The notes under the pieces: generated by a model
Seen by the model: the letters and a program-made list of their open reading frames with translations, nothing else
Told to the model about the DNA's origin: nothing
Database searches by the model: none
Shown: piece after piece, positions 27,118 through 35,209 of the stretch
How positions within the stretch are numbered: the first letter of the stretch is position 1
Layout: each line of letters begins with the position of its first letter
NCBI GenBank assembly: GCA_027025255.1
Contig: JALVRC010000046.1
Coordinates: 1-44,793, forward strand
Reading direction: 5' to 3'
Length of the DNA stretch: 44,793 nt
From: a candidate division WOR-3 bacterium
GTDB taxonomy: Bacteria; Hydrothermota; Tepidihabitantia; B3-TA06; JALVRC01
Program-made: the position numbers and the translations under genes

Positions 27118-28854
27118 CTAAAGCTTAAATCTTTCCACGTTCTTTACAAGCTTATCAGCTAAATCTTTTAATTTTTCGGATAATTCAGTTGTCTGTTTAC
27201 TCATATCCATAGCTTTTTCTGATAAAGTTCTAATGTCTCTTGTCTGATCTGCAACCTGTTTAGTAACTTCTGCTTCTTTACGGAATTTATCAGAGGTTTC
27301 TCTGATTTTTTCAGTAGCACGTTTAACAGCTTCAAGGATTTCAACCATAACCTGTCTTGCTTCAGATGCAAATTTGGCACTATCTTCCACCTTTTTTGTT
27401 CCAACATCCATAGTCTCCACTGCTTCTCCTGTCTCAGACTGAATTCCTTTAATCAGGGTAGCAATATCCTTTGCCGCTTTTGAAGAACGTTCTGCTAATT
27501 TCCTTATTTCTTCAGCAATCACAGTAAAGCCTCTACCGGCTTCTCCAGCTCTCGCTGCTTCTGTAGCAGCATTTAACGCAAGTAAATTAGTCTGTCTTGA
27601 AATTTCCTCTATTACTCCTACTATTTCACCGATCTCAATAACAGTTTCTCCAAGCCCTTTAATTTTGACAGCGGTTTCTTCTACTATATCACGTATATTT
27701 TCAATTTCCTCAATAGAACGTACAACGTTAGTTGAACCCTTTTCAACAAGAGTAGAGGTCTCCTCTGCTGTTTTTGCAGTATTTTCAGTGTCTTCAGCAA
27801 GAGAAATAATGTCTTTTTCCAGGGCTTCCATCATATTTGAAATACCTTCTACTTTTTTCACCTGTTCAGCTGATAACTCAGTAATTTCTAATCCAGCAGC
27901 TCTAATACTCTTAACCCCTTCATCCATCCCAAAAGCTGTAGTTTTCGTTTCCTTAAACAAACTTCCAAGCTCATCCATCATCATATTGAATGCATCAGCA
28001 ATTGAACCTAACCTATCAGCAGTAACTTCAAGCCTTTTTGTAAAATCACCCATAGCAGCATCTGATATAATCTCCATAAAACGTATTAATCGTTTATTCA
28101 TTGCATCTCTCTCAGCCTCTGTTTCCACAAAACCCTTCATTTTTTCCATTGTTTCATTCAATGTACGAGCTAAGAACCCTATCTCATCCTCTCCTTCAAC
28201 CTGAGCTTTAACATCAAGATTTCCTCTTCCCATCTCCTCTGCTACCTCAATTGTTTTTGTCAAAGGCTCAATAGTATAATTGGCTACAAGATATAAAATA
28301 CCCCCTAAGACTACAAGAGCTATTAAAAATATTAAGGATGCGTTTAAGATATAACCTAAAACCAATTTTGCCGGAGGGACAAAAGCACCTACATGAATTA
28401 TTGCTTGTCTTTCGCCAATTGTTACAGGCATTGCAATATCTATTATCCCATTATCAATAGAAATCGCCTCTTTCTTAAGATTCGCTTCGTTTTTAAATGA
28501 TATCTCTTTAAAGCTTGGAGGAATTTTAAACGTATGAGCCAACAAACTACCATTTTTATCTTTTATAACTATATGCCTTATAAGCTTGGGATTATGTCTT
28601 TGAACAGCCTTTATGTGCTTCTCAACCTCATCAATTGTCATCTTATTCTCTTCTATCTCCTTTTTCAAGCTATTAACAGTTGACCTTACAATCTTCTTTC
28701 TGTTATCTAAAAGCTGATTATTGATAGCGAATGAAGAAAAGAATATAATAGTAAACCCAAAAATAGCAAGCACAACTAAAGGAATTAGAAACACCTTTGT
28801 TTTAAAACTTAAATTCGTTATCCATCTTTTTAAAAAATTACTACCTTCTGCCAT
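27118..28854 (-). CDS. methyl-accepting chemotaxis protein (2 TM, periplasmic domain, HAMP, MA domain)
   Basis: Signalling tip [61 protein letters not shown]...[21 protein letters not shown] at 28859-28865. Confidence 0.9.
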   Translation of the reverse strand: MAEGSNFLKRWITNLSFKTKVFLIPLVVLAIFGFTIIFFSSFAINNQLLDNRKKIVRSTVNSLKKEIEENKMTIDEVEKHIKAVQRHNPKLIRHIVIKDKNGSLLAHTFKIPPSFKEISFKNEANLKKEAISIDNGIIDIAMPVTIGERQAIIHVGAFVPPAKLVLGYILNASLIFLIALVVLGGILYLVANYTIEPLTKTIEVAEEMGRGNLDVKAQVEGEDEIGFLARTLNETMEKMKGFVETEAERDAMNKRLIRFMEIISDAAMGDFTKRLEVTADRLGSIADAFNMMMDELGSLFKETKTTAFGMDEGVKSIRAAGLEITELSAEQVKKVEGISNMMEALEKDIISLAEDTENTAKTAEETSTLVEKGSTNVVRSIEEIENIRDIVEETAVKIKGLGETVIEIGEIVGVIEEISRQTNLLALNAATEAARAGEAGRGFTVIAEEIRKLAERSSKAAKDIATLIKGIQSETGEAVETMDVGTKKVEDSAKFASEARQVMVEILEAVKRATEKIRETSDKFRKEAEVTKQVADQTRDIRTLSEKAMDMSKQTTELSEKLKDLADKLVKNVERFKL

Positions 28855-28872
28855 CTTTCCTCCTTTTAAGAT

Positions 28873-28917
28873 TTCTGCAGTACCTTTGCAAACATAGTTT
28901 GCAAAGGTACTGCAGAA
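28873..28917. repeat. perfect inverted repeat: 21-bp stem, 3-nt loop
   Basis: 28873-28893 (ttctgcagtacctttgcaaac) is the exact reverse complement of 28897-28917, with loop ata. It fills the 69-nt gap between the barrel gene stop and the MCP start. No T tract follows on the transcribed strand. Confidence 0.9.
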
Positions 28918-28923
28918 TAATAC

Positions 28924-30054
28924 CTATTTTATACTAAGGCCTACTATTAATTCAGGCCTAAGTATAGTAAACTTATCATAACCCTCATAGGCTTCGTCTG
29001 AATAAGACCTGTTATAGTATCTGAACCTGGTCATAAGCCAGGAAGGACCAACACTCACCTTGTATGCAATAAATCCGTATAAGGTATTCAAACCAACCTT
29101 TGCAGTATCCTGAAACGCATCATTGTAATATGGAACACGACTATACATACCATACTCAAATCCAAAATGGATACTACCAGGACCAACCTTTGGAGACACA
29201 AACCTGAATTTAACGAGCAACCCATTACTCTTTACAAAATCTGATACCGGAACTATATTACTGTCACTCACTTCATACATTGTATATGCAACCTGGAGAT
29301 TGGTCTTTGAACCCCTCAATCCAAGATAAAAATCAGGACCTACTGTCTTCCTGTACGCTATCTTACCGGTAGATGCTCCTAAATCCTCTTCTCCAAACAG
29401 TATCACTGGACCTATCTTAAACGTATTTGTACCTGAACTTATCCTTAATCCAAAATCAAGCATGTCATATCCATATGTTTTAACTGTATCAATCTCTGTT
29501 GAATTATTCCCTAACTCTCCCTTTGTAAGGATAAACGGATTAATCTCAATATTCTTCATAGGCTTGAACCCAAACCACAAACCATCTCCTGAAACATGCT
29601 TATAAACCTTAAAATAATCACCAACTACATTCTTATTCCAGGGATTATAGTGCAGGTCAAAAATACCACTGTTAGGAAGAGGTATCCTACCAACCTTAAA
29701 ACAGAATTTCTCATTCTTGTAAGCAATAAAAAATCTATCAAAGCCAATGTTATATCCTTTTAAAGAATCATTAAGAACTACACAGGCTGCTGGTGTTAAA
29801 AATGTCATTCTCGTTCCCATAATCCAGCCATTCTCATACTTTACATGAACGCAAACATACATAGAGCCTAACACATCAATGTCCATTGATTTCATATCTG
29901 GCAGTCTTAAAGAATCTACATCATTACCATCCTGCATAGTTTTCATTACATCTCTTAATAAAAACCATCCACCACTCTTTATATTTACTTCTGGCTCCGC
30001 AAACAAACCCCCAATAGCCCCCATTATAAGCAAAACCGTTCCTACTACCCTCAT
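28924..30054 (-). CDS. secreted, beta-strand-rich protein; predicted outer-membrane beta-barrel
   Basis: Signal peptide MRVVGTVLLIMGAIGGLFA/EPE. Aromatic-rich alternating hydrophobic strands throughout (FGFEYGMY, LYGFIAYKV, TRFRYYN). Strong SD. No family recognised. Confidence 0.4.
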   Translation of the reverse strand: MRVVGTVLLIMGAIGGLFAEPEVNIKSGGWFLLRDVMKTMQDGNDVDSLRLPDMKSMDIDVLGSMYVCVHVKYENGWIMGTRMTFLTPAACVVLNDSLKGYNIGFDRFFIAYKNEKFCFKVGRIPLPNSGIFDLHYNPWNKNVVGDYFKVYKHVSGDGLWFGFKPMKNIEINPFILTKGELGNNSTEIDTVKTYGYDMLDFGLRISSGTNTFKIGPVILFGEEDLGASTGKIAYRKTVGPDFYLGLRGSKTNLQVAYTMYEVSDSNIVPVSDFVKSNGLLVKFRFVSPKVGPGSIHFGFEYGMYSRVPYYNDAFQDTAKVGLNTLYGFIAYKVSVGPSWLMTRFRYYNRSYSDEAYEGYDKFTILRPELIVGLSIK

Positions 30055-30063
30055 TTTACCTCC

Positions 30064-30957
30064 TTATTTTTTGTTTTTTATAAGTATTCTTAAAGCCTCT
30101 TCAAGCCTCCTTATCGCCTTTGACAAAAGCCCTATTTCATCATTCTTAAGGTAAACTGGTGCTGGACCAAGTTTATCCATCTCCAATTTACTCATCCTTT
30201 CAACCCTTTTTGTATATGCCACTATAGGACGTGCTATACCAAAAGATAAAATCCATGCAAAAAACAAAGAAAGAATAAGAGCTGCAATAGCCATTATTAG
30301 GAAAAATGAATCTGCTTCTTCTCTTCTTTGTTTAAACTTCTGCATAAGTTTCCCGAAACCCAATCCCATCTCATCCATATATACAGTTAATAAAACCATA
30401 AGACCACCCTTACCAACAGGATAACTTACAAGAAAGGCTTTCTTTGACTCAGCATCATAATATCTTGAAACAGTATCATCAAATGACAAACTTTTAAGTA
30501 TCTTTACTAAGCCTGGAGTTCCTTTAGCTTTCTCTATAATGTTTTTTGTTTCCCAATCTCTATTGGGATGGACAACAACCAATATACTATCATTATCAAT
30601 AAATCTAACAAGATAAGCAAAACCATGCTTTCCCAGTCCTTCTTTAACCCATATATGTTCGTTAACAATTGTCCTTATTGTATCATTAAATGCCTGCTCT
30701 GATATTCTACCACGTTCTTTAGCTATATAGGCTATTTCAATCTCCCTTGCAATGCTTTTAGCAATCGTACTAACTCTTTCAGCCATTAATAACTTTTCAT
30801 TCTTTAAATACTGAGACTGCAAATTTAGCATCATTTTAGGAAACAAAATAAATCTCAATAAAATATAGCCTATTACTAAGAATCCTGCTGTTATTAAGAA
30901 CATAAATAAAAAAACCTTTGTAAATAATGTAATCTTTGGCTTCATATTAACCCCCAA
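30064..30957 (-). CDS. TM - single-Cache-like periplasmic domain - TM - HAMP protein with no output domain
   Basis: N-terminal TM. Periplasmic GFAYLVRFIDNDSILVVVHPN...YYDAESKKAFLVSYP...LLTVYMDEM is sCache_2-like. Second TM, then HAMP RPIVAYTKRVERMS...NDEIGLLSKAIRRLEEAL, ending about 10 aa later. Confidence 0.6.
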   Translation of the reverse strand: MGVNMKPKITLFTKVFLFMFLITAGFLVIGYILLRFILFPKMMLNLQSQYLKNEKLLMAERVSTIAKSIAREIEIAYIAKERGRISEQAFNDTIRTIVNEHIWVKEGLGKHGFAYLVRFIDNDSILVVVHPNRDWETKNIIEKAKGTPGLVKILKSLSFDDTVSRYYDAESKKAFLVSYPVGKGGLMVLLTVYMDEMGLGFGKLMQKFKQRREEADSFFLIMAIAALILSLFFAWILSFGIARPIVAYTKRVERMSKLEMDKLGPAPVYLKNDEIGLLSKAIRRLEEALRILIKNKK

Positions 30958-31813
30958 TAAGCTTTTTGATTGTCTCTTTTAATAATTTAAAAGCCTTTGC
31001 AAGTATACCAATCTCATCCGAGCTTTTAATATCAATATCTACATTAATATCACCTTTACTAAACCTATCAGCAATGCCTGTGAGTTTTTCAATAGGGGTA
31101 ACAATATTCCTTGATATATATATACCAGCTAAAGCTCCTCCAGCTATAAGAATAATCCCTATCACTATCGCAATCATTCTCAAAGAGCTAAATCCTTTTT
31201 TGTTCTGTAGAGATATATCTTCAATAGGTTTTGTAAATTGGTCCAGATAAGCAGTTGAGACAACCATATAGTTCCTGGTACCTGTATACTCACAGACCAT
31301 AAATTTATCCCTTTTTTCACCTGTTTCCTCTTGCCATTTGTAAAAACCTTCTACTCTGTCGTTATGCGGCGTTGCTTTTTTAAAGATTAGCCAGAAGTCA
31401 GGGAGCTTATCCTTAAGCTTATACATGTTAAAACCCTTGCTTAACCTCTTCTGCGGATGCCATTGCATTAAAAGAGAATCCTCTCCAAAATACTCCCATA
31501 CTGCAGTATAACCAGTTTTTAAAACAGGTTGAACAGCAATCTTTCCAAAATATTCATCATTTAACAATTCTTTTGTACTTTTCGGGAAATACGCTAAATA
31601 GTCCCTAATATGAAAACTTACTACTCTATTTGTCATTTCCACATTCCTTATTACATGGGTTTTCAAAAGCTCCTCTTCCATATTAGTTACGCTATCTACC
31701 CAGGGAAAAGCAGTTGATATTAAATAGAAAAGAAAAACACCTGCGGGAAGAACTGGAACTATAGCAAAGGCCCACAGAAATTTTGTTTTTATACTTTTAA
31801 TTTTCTCAGCCAT
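30947..31813 (-). CDS. TM - single-Cache-like periplasmic domain - TM - HAMP protein with no output domain
   Basis: YTAVWEYFGEDSLLMQWHPQ...EGFYKWQEETGEKRDKFMVCEY...VVSTAYLDQF is sCache_2-like. HAMP NIVTPIEKLTGIADRFSKGDINV...SDEIGILAKAFKLLKETI. Ends right after the HAMP. Overlaps the next gene by 11 nt. Confidence 0.65.
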   Translation of the reverse strand: MAEKIKSIKTKFLWAFAIVPVLPAGVFLFYLISTAFPWVDSVTNMEEELLKTHVIRNVEMTNRVVSFHIRDYLAYFPKSTKELLNDEYFGKIAVQPVLKTGYTAVWEYFGEDSLLMQWHPQKRLSKGFNMYKLKDKLPDFWLIFKKATPHNDRVEGFYKWQEETGEKRDKFMVCEYTGTRNYMVVSTAYLDQFTKPIEDISLQNKKGFSSLRMIAIVIGIILIAGGALAGIYISRNIVTPIEKLTGIADRFSKGDINVDIDIKSSDEIGILAKAFKLLKETIKKLIGG

Positions 31814-31822
31814 AATACCTCC

Positions 31823-32320
31823 TTAAAGACTTTTTAAAAATTCTTCTTTTAATTGAGGATCTGCTATCTCCTTTAAAATCAATTCCTTTAATTTTTGAAT
31901 TGCACTTGCAGGAACATTATCTCTTGTTAAAGACATCTCTTTTAATACATTATCAATAATTGCGGCAGCTGCAAACCCAACTGCATTCTTAAGCGCATTT
32001 TCAATCCTTTCTATATTTACATAGTCCATATCTGCTTCACTCAAATTCAAAAGCACTTTTGTACTCGGGATATCAGAATTTATACGAGAAGATTTTATAC
32101 CCTTATCTAACGTATATTGTCCTGTTTCAAACCTTAAGACCTCCTCTATAACACCCCTTCCACATTTGTCTCTAATTTCAGAACATACAATATCACCGTT
32201 ATCAAAATATATCTTATACAAATGCTCCCCCTGCTTTATAAACAAGGAACCAGTAAATCTATCTGTATATAACTTAGTTAATAAATCCCGTAGTTCCTTA
32301 TTACTTTTAAAAAAAGGCAT
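31823..32320 (-). CDS. stand-alone DUF4388 (PATAN-like) domain protein
   Basis: FTGSLFIKQGEHLYKIYFDNGDIVCSE...GRGVIEEVLRFETGQYTL matches the DUF4388 pattern. Helical C-terminal half. Confidence 0.5.
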   Translation of the reverse strand: MPFFKSNKELRDLLTKLYTDRFTGSLFIKQGEHLYKIYFDNGDIVCSEIRDKCGRGVIEEVLRFETGQYTLDKGIKSSRINSDIPSTKVLLNLSEADMDYVNIERIENALKNAVGFAAAAIIDNVLKEMSLTRDNVPASAIQKLKELILKEIADPQLKEEFLKSL

Positions 32321-32731
32321 CTATTCTCCTTTCTTTAGATATTCAAATAGATAATCAATATCTAAAACAAGATATACCTGATCTTCTTTATTAAGTATAC
32401 CCTTAAAAAATGGCGCGTCTTCATCAGGAAAAAAATTAGGAAGAGAACCCATATCCTTTTCTTCAAAATTAATAAGACTTCCTACTTCATCAGCCCTCAA
32501 AACCCATCTATCTTTTTTGTGCTCTATAAGTATATACCAGTTTCCCTTTTTATACTTAAGCTGTAAAGGATTACCAACAACAACAATTGTCCCTTCGTAA
32601 TTAATTACTCCATCGACAAAAGAAGGAGCTTGAGGTACAGGAGTAATCTCCGCTTCCTCCAGGATTTTCTCTACTTTATCCACACGCACAAGATAATTCT
32701 CTTCACCAATTTTTAATAGAATATGCTGCAT
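32321..32731 (-). CDS. cheW: CheW coupling protein
   Basis: LLKIGEENYLVRVDKVEKILEEAEITPVPQAPSFVDGVINYEGTIVVV. Confidence 0.75.
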   Translation of the reverse strand: MQHILLKIGEENYLVRVDKVEKILEEAEITPVPQAPSFVDGVINYEGTIVVVGNPLQLKYKKGNWYILIEHKKDRWVLRADEVGSLINFEEKDMGSLPNFFPDEDAPFFKGILNKEDQVYLVLDIDYLFEYLKKGE

Positions 32732-32733
32732 AG

Positions 32734-33099
32734 CTATCCAATAATTTTCTTCACTTCTGCCAAAAGAAGCTCTTTATTAACTGGTTTTGTAATATAAGCT
32801 GCTCCACCTATTTTTTTACCCCAGAATTTATCAACATCCTCACCCTTACTTGTAACAAAAATTATGGGGATATTCTTTGTTTCATCATCCTTTTTAAGCT
32901 CTCTTGCAATATTGAATCCATCTATATCAGGAAGTATTACATCAAGCAAAATAAGATCAGGATGTTTCTCAATTGCCGTATTCTTACCTTCTTTTCCGTT
33001 AAAGGCCTCCAGTAAAATTACATCAAATATTTTTAAAAAACTCTTAATCTCCTCCATTTCGGTTTTTGAATCTTCTATAATTAATATTGTTTTACTCAC
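32734..33099 (-). CDS. single-domain response regulator (CheY/PilH/PixH-like)
   Basis: ILIIEDS, LILLDVILPDIDG, FVTSK, ITKP. GTG start with AAGGAGG upstream. Confidence 0.85.
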   Translation of the reverse strand: MSKTILIIEDSKTEMEEIKSFLKIFDVILLEAFNGKEGKNTAIEKHPDLILLDVILPDIDGFNIARELKKDDETKNIPIIFVTSKGEDVDKFWGKKIGGAAYITKPVNKELLLAEVKKIIG

Positions 33100-34394
33100 C
33101 CCTTTCCTCCTTTGTTTTTTATTATTCTATAAATTTCTTCTGGTTTAAAAGGCTTTGATATGTAACCATTAGCTCCAACTAATTGAGCTTTCATCCTATC
33201 AAAAAAGCCCTTTTTAGAGGTTAAAAAATATACCTGAGTATCTTTTAATCCTGCTATCTTTCTTATTTCTCTGCATATTTCATAACCATCAATCCCTGGC
33301 ATAACAATGTCAAGAAATATTATGTCAGGGGAAAACTCTTTCGCTTTATCAATACCCAAAACCCCTTCAGAAGCCTCAATAATCATAACATCCTTAAAAT
33401 GTTTCTGGATCATTTTTTTTACTATTCTTCTTGTAACTAAACTATCATCAATAATAAGAATAGTAAAAGCTTTCTTATCTTTTAAACTTAGAATTTCTTT
33501 TTCAAGAAGAGTTTTTATCCCTCTAAAAACCGTCTCCTGTTTTAATCCTATTTTATCAGCAATATCTTCTATGTTTATTTCTTTATCTATAGCCAATAGA
33601 ATCTTTAATTCAATAGGATGCAAAACAGGCATTTCAACCTTTTTTATAGGCTTTTTATAGATAATGCCGTTGTAGTTAAGGTTTTCACAGCCCTCTTCAC
33701 ACAAAAAGTCCCTGAAAATGGTATCCTTTAATCTCATTGCTTCAAGCATTGCAAAATCAACAGGTAAATCTATCATTTTTACAGGAGGATCTTCATAATC
33801 CATTTTCCTGAAAAAAAGTTGACCTTCATGCATAAAAATCTGAAAAAAAGCGTTTTGTCCTTCCTGGATGGAAGATTCTGCATATTCAAGAACTCCCTCC
33901 TGTAAGAAAAACCGAACGTTAATACCTGGCAAATTCACAAAGAAAACACCGCTTATCTTATTCTGAGAACACATCTCCATATAGGAAGCAAAATCATCAT
34001 TACCAATCTCTCCACTTATATACTGTTCATCTTCCATTATGTTCTTTACAAGTAAACTAAGTTCAGAAATTGTAAAAGGCTTCTCAAGTATATAACCAAT
34101 TCCGAGATTGGATGCTTCTTTCTTTATATTTTCATCCAAAAAACCACTTATCAATATTATAGGGATATCCTTCTTGAAACTCCGTACTTTCCTTATAAAT
34201 TCAGTCCCATACATATCTGGAAGCCTATAATCAACTATCAATAGCTTTATTTGAAATCTTTTTAACATGAAATATTGTATTGCCTCTTCACCGCTCTGGG
34301 CAGAAATAATCTTATATCCCTTATTTGTAAGATAAGATGTATACATTTTTCTTATATATGATTCGTCATCAACAAGAAGGATTTCTTCAGCCAT
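33096..34394 (-). CDS. REC - DUF4388/PATAN - wHTH-like - REC response regulator (PatA/PixG-related)
   Basis: N-terminal REC (ILLVDDES, LLIVDYRLPDMYG, ILEKPF). Centre ISGVFFVNLPGINVRFFLQEGVLEYAES is DUF4388-like. LHPIELKILLAIDKEINIEDIADKIGLKQETVFRGIKTLLEKEIL is wHTH-like. C-terminal REC (ILIIDDS, IIFLDIVMPGIDG, LTSK, ISKPF). Confidence 0.7.
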   Translation of the reverse strand: MAEEILLVDDESYIRKMYTSYLTNKGYKIISAQSGEEAIQYFMLKRFQIKLLIVDYRLPDMYGTEFIRKVRSFKKDIPIILISGFLDENIKKEASNLGIGYILEKPFTISELSLLVKNIMEDEQYISGEIGNDDFASYMEMCSQNKISGVFFVNLPGINVRFFLQEGVLEYAESSIQEGQNAFFQIFMHEGQLFFRKMDYEDPPVKMIDLPVDFAMLEAMRLKDTIFRDFLCEEGCENLNYNGIIYKKPIKKVEMPVLHPIELKILLAIDKEINIEDIADKIGLKQETVFRGIKTLLEKEILSLKDKKAFTILIIDDSLVTRRIVKKMIQKHFKDVMIIEASEGVLGIDKAKEFSPDIIFLDIVMPGIDGYEICREIRKIAGLKDTQVYFLTSKKGFFDRMKAQLVGANGYISKPFKPEEIYRIIKNKGGKG

Positions 34395-34400
34395 AATTAA

Positions 34401-34428
34401 ACTATATATACATTTTAAAGTATGTCAA
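34401..34428 (-). promoter_or_regulatory. sigma70-type promoter TTGACA-N16-TATAGT, 6 nt before ATG 34394 (leaderless geometry)
   Basis: Minus strand: TTGACA 34428-34423, TATAGT 34406-34401. No SD. Confidence 0.5.
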
Positions 34429-34450
34429 GTATTAAACTTTTCTTTAAAAG

Positions 34451-35209
34451 TTATTTATCTTTAATAATCAATGAAGCTAACCTTTTACCTGACAGTAACA
34501 TACCACCAAATATCGGTCCCATCCGAGGATAACCATGAACAGCATTAACAGACATCCCTGCTGCATACAATCCTGGGAAAACTTCTCCAGTACCAGATAC
34601 AACAAGTTTTTCTGCTTCATCAGCATTCATAGGCCCTTCTCCTTTTATAAGACTATGTTTCGTCTTCTTTTGAACCATATGAACAATTTCAGCATCGTGC
34701 CCTGTAGCATCAACAAGATATTTTGATGAAATAACGAGCGGATCAACATGCAATTCAGCCATAAACACGCTACTCCAATTTATTACTGCACCTACGACTC
34801 TATCCTGTTTAATCATTACATCTTCAACAGTAATAAGATTAAAATACTTAAGCCCCATTTTCATGTTTTTAAAAAGTAATGCCCCCAGAAGAGCCATAGA
34901 AGATGTAGTAAAATAACCCTCTTTAAATTTTTTAAAAGGGACTTCAAGCTCTTTAAGAATTTCTATCGCACTTTCTTGAACAACTACAACATTAAACATC
35001 ATTCCACCACCAGCAAGTCCTCCACCTGGCCTCAGTGCCTTTTCAATAAGAGTAACACTCACCCCTTCCTTTAAAAGATAATATGCTGCTGCAAGACCGG
35101 AAGGACCTCCTCCTACTATAACAGCCTCGTTTACAAGAGCATCCTTCATTTCATTCATATATGTTTCAATGATTGCACTGCTAACATTTATTTCATCTAT
35201 ATACGTCAT
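34451..35209 (-). CDS. thi4: Thi4-family ADP-thiazole synthase (cysteine-free, archaeal-like)
   Basis: VIVGGGPSGLAAAYYL, DATGHDAEIV, GMSVNAVHGYPRMGPIFGGMLLSG. There is no Cys anywhere in the 252 aa. Confidence 0.85.
   Translation of the reverse strand: MTYIDEINVSSAIIETYMNEMKDALVNEAVIVGGGPSGLAAAYYLLKEGVSVTLIEKALRPGGGLAGGGMMFNVVVVQESAIEILKELEVPFKKFKEGYFTTSSMALLGALLFKNMKMGLKYFNLITVEDVMIKQDRVVGAVINWSSVFMAELHVDPLVISSKYLVDATGHDAEIVHMVQKKTKHSLIKGEGPMNADEAEKLVVSGTGEVFPGLYAAGMSVNAVHGYPRMGPIFGGMLLSGKRLASLIIKDK

Noticed and set aside
27665-28204. 179-aa plus-strand ORF (Ser/Ile-rich) inside the MCP gene
   Set aside because: It is antisense to a confidently identified MCP coiled-coil region. The low-complexity S/I/F composition is what the reverse frame of E/K/A-rich codons produces. 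No start signals were seen.
30064-31813. The two Cache-HAMP genes considered as fragments of a frameshifted or pseudogenised MCP
   Set aside because: Each has its own start codon, N-terminal TM helix and complete sensor-TM-HAMP order. The upstream one has a strong SD. The gene after them is a signal-peptide-bearing beta-rich protein, not an MA domain. So they are not two pieces of one receptor.
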